Virus record (IMG/VR): IMGVR_UViG_3300007734_000703 | Coordinates: 1-46,245 of that record | Strand: one strand, 5' to 3' | From: a virus | Lineage: Duplodnaviria > Caudoviricetes | Length of the DNA: 46,245 bases | In this document: positions 40,648 through 46,245 of the stretch, in pieces | Layout: each line of letters begins with the position of its first letter | Position numbering within the stretch: position 1 is the first letter of the stretch | Translations under genes and position numbers: made by a program | The notes under the pieces: model-generated | Databases searched by the model: none | Told to the model about the DNA's origin: nothing | The model's input: the letters and a program-made list of their open reading frames with translations, nothing else

Positions 40648-41985
40648 TTGATCCGACCCGAAACCATCGCTAAAGGCATCCAGCTCTATCCGGGCGAGTG
40701 TACCGCTGCGCTTGCGGGCATGGATGCCGCCAGCGTGGATTCCTGCGTTACGGACCCGCCCTATCACCTGACAAGCATCGTCAAGCGGTTCGGCGCGGAT
40801 AACGCAGCACCGGCCAAGTCTGGCAAGACCGGGGCTTATAAGCGCGCTTCCGCTGGCTTCATGGGCAAGCAATGGGACGGCGGCGACGTGGCGTTTCGCG
40901 TCGAGACATGGCTAGCGGTGTGGCGCGTTCTAAAACCCGGCGCGCATCTGGTCGCCTTCTCGGGCACCCGCACCTATCACCGGATGGTTTGCGCCATTGA
41001 GGATGCGGGCTTTGAAATCCGCGACCAGATCGGCTGGGCCTATGGCTCGGGTTTCCCCAAGTCGCACAATCAGAGGGGCGACTGGCAGGGCTGGGGCACG
41101 GCCTTAAAGCCCGCATGGGAGCCTGTGGTGCTGGCCCGCAAGCCGCTAATCGGGACGGTCGCGGCCAACATCGCAGAGCATGGCACGGGGGCGCTCAATA
41201 TCGACGGATGCCGCGTCGAGTTTGCTGGCACGAATGATGCAGCAGCAGCAGCAGCAGCAGCAGCAGTGGGCTTCGCTGCCAGCCGGGCGCGCGGAACATC
41301 CACCCAATCAAATTCAATCGGCAAGGAAAGCCGCGACGGCACGAACACCTATGATCCATTCGCGCTGAAAGGCCGCTGGCCTGCCAACATCATCCATGAC
41401 GGAAGCGAGGAAGTGGTGGGGGCGTTTCCTGACACGGGCCAGTCTGGCGTTGCCGTGCAGCGAAATGGTGGCGGCCAGAAGATCGGCAATACCGTTTATA
41501 GCGGTAGCGGTGGCGGCATAATTCGTCCTGATGCTGGTTTTGCCGATGGCGGTTCCGCCGCCCGTTTTTTCTACACCGCCAAGGCCGACGCCGACGACAG
41601 GCTCGGCTCCAAGCATCCAACCGTCAAGCCAATCGACCTGATGCAATGGCTGGTGCGTCTGGTGACGCCTCCGGGCGGGCTGGTGCTCGATCCTTTCGCC
41701 GGCACCGGGACCACGGGCGAAGCCGCCTTCCGCGAGGGTATGCGCGCTGTGCTGATCGAGCGCGAGCCGGAATATCAGGCCGACATTCGCCGCCGCATGT
41801 CTTTGGTGCTTGGCGGGCCAGAGGAACGCCAGCGCGAGTCCATCAAGGCGCGCGGGTTAACAGCCGACGCTGGCCCGTTGTTCGGTGGCTCTGACACGAC
41901 GCGGGGGGGGGCAGACAAATCTACGGCCACTTCGCGGACCAGGACGAACGATAGGACCGACCGGATTGAAATGGTGAAGCCATGA
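40648..41985 (+). CDS. Orphan N4/N6 DNA methyltransferase (beta class)
   Basis: TDPPY precedes HPTVKP and VLDPFAGTGTT; GFMGKQWD, GSGFPKS, GRWPAN; no cognate endonuclease seen. Confidence 0.92.
   Translation: MIRPETIAKGIQLYPGECTAALAGMDAASVDSCVTDPPYHLTSIVKRFGADNAAPAKSGKTGAYKRASAGFMGKQWDGGDVAFRVETWLAVWRVLKPGAHLVAFSGTRTYHRMVCAIEDAGFEIRDQIGWAYGSGFPKSHNQRGDWQGWGTALKPAWEPVVLARKPLIGTVAANIAEHGTGALNIDGCRVEFAGTNDAAAAAAAAAVGFAASRARGTSTQSNSIGKESRDGTNTYDPFALKGRWPANIIHDGSEEVVGAFPDTGQSGVAVQRNGGGQKIGNTVYSGSGGGIIRPDAGFADGGSAARFFYTAKADADDRLGSKHPTVKPIDLMQWLVRLVTPPGGLVLDPFAGTGTTGEAAFREGMRAVLIEREPEYQADIRRRMSLVLGGPEERQRESIKARGLTADAGPLFGGSDTTRGGADKSTATSRTRTNDRTDRIEMVKP
41239..41265 (+). repeat. (GCA)9 trinucleotide repeat encoding poly-Ala
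   Basis: Perfect in-frame repeat, read directly from the sequence. Confidence 0.95.
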
Positions 41986-42143
41986 GCCTGCTGCTGGACC
42001 CCAAGATATTCAATTACCTGATTATGAGCCTGTACGTCCTGAACGCGGGCCGCTGGGCCTTCGCGGGCGGCTGGGCGGATTGCTCCTATTGGCTGTGCGC
42101 CTTTGGGATCACGGCAACCGTCACCTGGGGTTATGCCAGATGA
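41982..42143 (+). CDS. Small membrane protein (53 aa)
   Basis: Translated by hand: MSLLLDPKIFNYLIMSLYVLNAGRWAF...; ATGA-coupled to the methylase. Confidence 0.65.
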   Translation: MSLLLDPKIFNYLIMSLYVLNAGRWAFAGGWADCSYWLCAFGITATVTWGYAR

Positions 42144-42231
42144 AACCAATTTCGCAGCCGCCAGTCTCAGCCGAAACGCGCGTTTTAACTGATTGGAAAC
42201 ATTAGAGATTAGTCGCAACAGGAGAAGGATC

Positions 42232-42543
42232 ATGGCGGACGTTAAGACAATCGGTGTCAGCACTAAGCAAACGGGCGTCGTGACGATGTTTTTTCGGCAT
42301 GTTGTCATTTGGGGGTTCTTGGTCGGCGCCGAGGCCGGATCGCATCTGTGGTTCGGCGGATCGTGGGTGATCGACATGATGATCCTGACCGCGCTCGTGC
42401 TGTTCGTCATCAACATGGCCACGAAGAAAAGCGGAATGGCCGTCGAAATGACGCCAGCAGAAATCCGGCTGTGGGTCGCCGCCGGTATGCCGAACGACAT
42501 CAAGGAATGGCGCACGAACCGCAAGCTCGCATCTGTTGCGTGA
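42232..42543 (+). CDS. Two-TM membrane protein
   Basis: AGGAGAAGGA RBS; two hydrophobic segments. Confidence 0.65.
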   Translation: MADVKTIGVSTKQTGVVTMFFRHVVIWGFLVGAEAGSHLWFGGSWVIDMMILTALVLFVINMATKKSGMAVEMTPAEIRLWVAAGMPNDIKEWRTNRKLASVA

Positions 42544-42593
42544 CCATGACTGCGGACGAATGTAAGTCCTTGAAATAGTTGCGAGAATTACCA

Positions 42594-42863
42594 ATGACCA
42601 CGCCAAAGCCCGTCACTAACCCCTGCCCTCCCTGGCAAGACATGCCGACGCTGTGCGGCAACATCTGCGCCACGCCAAACACTGTGGATAGCTGGGTAAA
42701 AGAGGGGCTTTTGCCACAGCCTCGGCGCGTGAAGGGCAAGCAGATGTGGAAGTGGGCCGAGGTCGATGCGTACCTTTCCAGCGGTGGGGGCCAATCCTTG
42801 GACCCCGAAGCGGAGAGGATCAAAAATGCCACGCGAAAGGCAGAGGCCCATGCTGGTCATTGA
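42594..42863 (+). CDS. xis: Excisionase/AlpA-like HTH protein
   Basis: TVDSWVKEGLLPQP......W.W.EVD; overlaps the integrase start. Confidence 0.75.
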   Translation: MTTPKPVTNPCPPWQDMPTLCGNICATPNTVDSWVKEGLLPQPRRVKGKQMWKWAEVDAYLSSGGGQSLDPEAERIKNATRKAEAHAGH

Positions 42864-43758
42864 GGACAGTTTCGCCGCGCTCGTTCGCGCCTATCTCGAA
42901 TCCCCGCAGTTTGCCGACCACGCGCCGGCAACGTGCGAAGTGTGGAAACGCTATCTGCTGCTGGCGATCGAACCCGACCGGCTCGGCGCCGTGTCGCTGC
43001 AATCGATCCGGCCGGCGCTGGTGCAAGCCTATCTCGACGGCATGGCGGGCAAGCCCGGCAAACAGGCCGCCACGCTATCGGCCATCAAACAGGTCGGGAA
43101 GTGGGCCGAGCTGCGGGACTATCTCACGCGCGACATCACCAAGGGCTGCCAGTGCGAGCAATCGGACGGCGGGCATATCCCCTGGTCCGACGCCGACGTG
43201 GCGCTGGCCGAGAAGCACGCGCGCCCCGACATCGCCCGCGTCATCACGCTCGGCGCCAACACCGGACAGCGCGGCTCCGACCTGATCCGCATGGGCTGGG
43301 CCGACATCGAGGTTTACAAGGGCGTGCGGGGGATCAACGTCAAGCAGAAGAAAACCGGCCGCCAGCTTTGGATACCGATCATGCCGGCGCTGGCTGAGCG
43401 CCTGGACACCTGGGAGAAGCGCCCCGGCCCGATCCTGCGAAAGCCCGACGGCCACCCCTGGACGCGCGAACAGCTCACGGCGGCATGGACGCGCCACCGC
43501 GACGATAACCCCGAGTTGAAGGCGCTGAGGGACGCCGGCCTGGTCCTTCACGGGCTGCGTGGCCACGCCTGCGTGCGGCTGCTGCGGTCGAACTTCAACA
43601 CCCGGCAAATCTCGGATTGGGTCGGCATGTCGGAACCGATGGTGAAGAACTACACCCGGTTCTCCGATCAGAAGGACAACGCCCTAGCGGCGGTGCATTT
43701 GCTCGACGGAACGCGCCTAGAACAGCCATCCAATAAGTTACGGAAAAACCATGTGTAA
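42826..43758 (+). CDS. int: Tyrosine integrase
   Basis: TGQRGSD (R), QKKTG (K), HGLR (HxxR), MVKNY (Y); GAGAGGA RBS before 42826. Confidence 0.9.
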   Translation: MPRERQRPMLVIEDSFAALVRAYLESPQFADHAPATCEVWKRYLLLAIEPDRLGAVSLQSIRPALVQAYLDGMAGKPGKQAATLSAIKQVGKWAELRDYLTRDITKGCQCEQSDGGHIPWSDADVALAEKHARPDIARVITLGANTGQRGSDLIRMGWADIEVYKGVRGINVKQKKTGRQLWIPIMPALAERLDTWEKRPGPILRKPDGHPWTREQLTAAWTRHRDDNPELKALRDAGLVLHGLRGHACVRLLRSNFNTRQISDWVGMSEPMVKNYTRFSDQKDNALAAVHLLDGTRLEQPSNKLRKNHV

Positions 43759-43825
43759 GCCATTGAAAAACAAAGCTGTGCCATACTCCGCACCTACGGC
43801 AGAGTGTGTCGTATCAATAGGTTAC
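43728..43825. promoter_or_regulatory. Putative attP region with IHF-like sites
   Basis: TATCAATAGGTTA (43812) matches WATCAANNNNTTR; near matches at 43728 and, inverted, at 43755; region follows int. Confidence 0.6.
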
Positions 43826-43861
43826 GCTCCCTCGGTATCCGCAAATCGAGGGAGATAGCCT

Positions 43862-44092
43862 ATGAACACCCCAGACCAAGCCAAACGCGACGTTCGAGCC
43901 TTCGAGCGCTGGTATCTCGCCAGCCTGAACGAGTGGCCGGCAGAACTACGTGACAAGGGCCAACGCGCCCTGCTCGCCCTCAAGACACTCGACCAAGACG
44001 ACGTGCCCGAGCCGATGGTTCGCGAGGCCGCGAAAGACCTTGCCGACTTCAACACGGCGCACGCCGCGCACATCGCCAGCAAGGGAGCGTGA
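43862..44092 (+). CDS. Hypothetical protein
   Basis: GAGGGAG RBS. Confidence 0.7.
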   Translation: MNTPDQAKRDVRAFERWYLASLNEWPAELRDKGQRALLALKTLDQDDVPEPMVREAAKDLADFNTAHAAHIASKGA

Positions 44093-44097
44093 GGGAA

Positions 44098-44298
44098 ATG
44101 GAAACGGTTCTGGTCTGGTATTTCCTGACTTCGAGCGTCGTCACCATTGGCCCGTTCACGACGCAGGATCAATGCAAGCAATTCTCTGAGTGGGCTTTCA
44201 GATGGAAACACGTCAGCTCGTGCTGGCAGGCACCACTCGTAGCGCCACGGCCGCACTCAATCGAAGACCACGCCAAGACAAGCCCGACCGTGCGTTGA
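44098..44298 (+). CDS. Small exported protein
   Basis: Hydrophobic N-terminus, GPFTT.DQC, later C. Confidence 0.6.
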   Translation: METVLVWYFLTSSVVTIGPFTTQDQCKQFSEWAFRWKHVSSCWQAPLVAPRPHSIEDHAKTSPTVR

Positions 44299-44344
44299 TC
44301 GCAAGTCAGGGCACCTGAATTTATCAGCAACGGGAGAGACTTAA

Positions 44345-44581
44345 ATGAACTTCGACATTAATACCATCGCCGACATCTGCCGCCCGCATAACGAGAAGCT
44401 GATCGCGGAAGGCAAGGCGCGGCGATTTGAGAGCGACGCGACGCGCCTGCGCCGGATACTCAAGCTCATCGCGGAATCGACATTCGACGCCAACACGCGC
44501 GCCACCATCGAAGCCGAACTTGGGCGCGATGTTGAAGGCGGGTGGAGGGCCGGTCAGCCGCTTCCTGATCGTCCGGTCTGA
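44345..44581 (+). CDS. Hypothetical protein
   Basis: GGGAGAG RBS. Confidence 0.65.
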   Translation: MNFDINTIADICRPHNEKLIAEGKARRFESDATRLRRILKLIAESTFDANTRATIEAELGRDVEGGWRAGQPLPDRPV

Positions 44582-44634
44582 CATTCATCGCAAGAACAAC
44601 CGCAGCGCGGCAAATTAGGAACAGGGGAAAAGCA

Positions 44635-44973
44635 ATGGGCCGACGACGAAACCTAAATAAGCAGCCAATGCCCCGCGTCGTCATCCATTGGGATGAGAAC
44701 GGCTGGCCAAACTATATGGCAGACGGCGAAGTTGACTTGATCTTTATCGATGAGCGTGTGCCGCGCGACCGGGTTTATCGCTACAGCGGACACCGTGTCG
44801 ATTACCGCAAGATCGATGAGTTGATCGGTCAATCGCGAATTGGAACGCTGGGGGACATGCCTGGAGCCGAGGCTGCGGTTCTGGCCCACGTCAACGGTGA
44901 GCCTGACCCGCGCCCCAAGCTTAAGGTCGTTCAACCCCGAAGAACCGGCGTAGCTGACGCTAATGGCGAGTGA
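44635..44973 (+). CDS. Hypothetical protein
   Basis: AGGGG RBS; IFIDERVP.DRVY. Confidence 0.65.
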   Translation: MGRRRNLNKQPMPRVVIHWDENGWPNYMADGEVDLIFIDERVPRDRVYRYSGHRVDYRKIDELIGQSRIGTLGDMPGAEAAVLAHVNGEPDPRPKLKVVQPRRTGVADANGE

Positions 44974-45197
44974 ATGACATGGAGATAACCCGCGAAAAGT
45001 TCATCAAGGCCACAGGGCGAGAGCCTGAGAAGGACGACCTTGAGCGATGCAATTGCCCGTACTTCGGCCACATCGTTCACACGCACTGCGGTTGGAACTA
45101 CGAAACAAATAAGCCGCAGTTTTTCGGTGCCCCGCATCCTTGGAACGGATTATCGGCCCCGGTCGCGGTGCTCTGCTTTTCGTCGTCAGAACTTTAA
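44970..45197 (+). CDS. Hypothetical Cys/His-containing protein
   Basis: ATGREP..DDLERCNC...GH..H..CGW, possibly metal-binding. Confidence 0.7.
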   Translation: MNDMEITREKFIKATGREPEKDDLERCNCPYFGHIVHTHCGWNYETNKPQFFGAPHPWNGLSAPVAVLCFSSSEL

Positions 45198-45250
45198 AGC
45201 CGCGCTGACTTGGCGTGTCTGCCGGCGCGGAAATTAGGATCAGGGGAACG

Positions 45251-45427
45251 ATGAAAACACTGGAACAGTCACACGCCGATCTCGTGGAGTTCATGAGTAC
45301 CGTGGTCCGGCACAGCGAAAGGCTGCACGGTCCATCAAAGGACGGACGCTCATCTGAGGCATTCGAGCAGCTGCGGCGGGCGAAAAGGCTCCTAGCCGAA
45401 GCTCCCAAATTACAGGAGACAGCATGA
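45251..45427 (+). CDS. Hypothetical protein
   Basis: AGGGG RBS; ATGA-coupled. Confidence 0.6.
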   Translation: MKTLEQSHADLVEFMSTVVRHSERLHGPSKDGRSSEAFEQLRRAKRLLAEAPKLQETA

Positions 45428-45801
45428 AGGTTTATCTCTGCGGCCCAATCAACGGATGCACCGACGAACAGTGCAAGGACTGGCGCGAAATGGCGAAAGC
45501 GCGCCTCCCTGACACGCTCGATCCGATGCGGCGCGACTACCGCGGCCGAGAGGACGAATGCGTCGATGAGATCGTCGATGGCGACATCGAGGATGTCGAA
45601 GCGTCCGACATCATACTGGTGAACTGCAGCGGCCCGAGCTGGGGCACGGCGATGGAAATTTGGCACGCCCATCTGCGCGACATCCCCGTAATCGTGGTTC
45701 ACCCCCCGGAAATGAAGAAGAGCCCGTGGCTTCGCCGCGCCACGGCAAAGTTCTTCCTCTCATTCGACGACGCCTTCGGCTGGATCGAGGAGCATTCGTG
45801 A
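45424..45801 (+). CDS. Nucleoside 2-deoxyribosyltransferase / nucleotide N-glycosidase family protein
   Basis: KVYLCGP, WR, DP, D...V..SDIILV, SWGTAMEI, SPWL. Confidence 0.85.
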   Translation: MKVYLCGPINGCTDEQCKDWREMAKARLPDTLDPMRRDYRGREDECVDEIVDGDIEDVEASDIILVNCSGPSWGTAMEIWHAHLRDIPVIVVHPPEMKKSPWLRRATAKFFLSFDDAFGWIEEHS

Positions 45802-45995
45802 TGGCTAGGGACAAGGAGCGAGATCGGATTACGCGCCATGCCTACTACTTGGCGCACAGGGAGGACTTCAAGCGCCGCCGCAACGCATGGGCCGCCAAGA
45901 ACCGCCACCAGATCAAGGTGGCGCGGGGGCTCGATATTTCGGTTCGTGAGGCCGGCGCGCTGCTTCGGCAGCAATCAATCCAGCCGTCGGCATAG
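45801..45995 (+). CDS. Small basic hypothetical protein
   Basis: TGATG coupling; YYLAHRE..K....W..KN. Confidence 0.55.
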   Translation: MARDKERDRITRHAYYLAHREDFKRRRNAWAAKNRHQIKVARGLDISVREAGALLRQQSIQPSA

Positions 45996-46012
45996 TGGAG
46001 AGGTAACCGCAA

Positions 46013-46207
46013 ATGGCAACTTGCTGCTGCTTGGGTCCGCAGAACGGACAGCCACTATGCCCCTGCCAGATGCGGGCGGCCGAGGGCTGGATCGCACCGA
46101 GAACGCTCAAGATATGGCACATGCACATAGGGGCCGAAGACGATCCGAAGGCTACGAGTTACGTGGATGCGCCGATGCTCACTTGCATCGGGCGTGATGA
46201 ATTTTAG
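46013..46207 (+). CDS. Cys-rich hypothetical protein spanning the circular junction
   Basis: GGAGAGG RBS; CCCLGPQNGQPLCPC.M. Confidence 0.65.
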   Translation: MATCCCLGPQNGQPLCPCQMRAAEGWIAPRTLKIWHMHIGAEDDPKATSYVDAPMLTCIGRDEF

Positions 46208-46245
46208 TTCGCTTATGCGCCCTATCTGACGGAGGCTCCGATGGC
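46119..46245. repeat. Terminal direct repeat, right copy
   Basis: Identical to 1-127. Confidence 0.95.

Noticed and set aside
39909-41985. HNH plus methyltransferase as a restriction-modification pair
   Set aside because: The HNH is the small nin-region type coupled to ninB, and orphan methylases are common in temperate phages.
46119-46245. 127-bp terminal repeat as a biological DTR
   Set aside because: The length equals a common assembler k-mer, it falls inside a gene, and it is far from terS; a P22-like terminase implies headful packaging.

Overview
The window appears to be a complete, circularly assembled temperate phage genome of about 46.1 kb. Bases 1-127 are repeated exactly at 46119-46245, which looks like an assembler overlap. 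The virion genes are P22/podovirus-like: portal, gp4/gp10-like tail-hub proteins, three ejection proteins, no tape measure. The host is probably an alphaproteobacterium of the Hyphomicrobiales (inference from gene families and CTTGAC-type promoters). The minus strand (36740 to 3797) carries cro, cII-like genes, replication, terminase, head, tail and lysis genes. The plus strand (36834 through the origin to 3787) carries cI, recombination genes, a DNA methylase, xis/int, the likely attP and many small accessory genes (nucleoside deoxyribosyltransferase, IS1595 remnant, RNA ligase). I found no CRISPR array, reverse transcriptase or complete tRNA. The most notable observations are: five 17-bp operators; 11-bp-phased ACGCGT iterons; a split terminase; a small protein that mimics the capsid N-terminus; tandem CII-like paralogues, one fused to a GIY-YIG/T5orf172 domain; a multi-hairpin late leader with anti-SD loops; a candidate leaderless antisense exclusion gene; a gene flanked by a 13-bp duplication; and four separate sites where a -1 frame change would restore or extend a protein. 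All family calls come from reading motifs by eye; no database searches were run.
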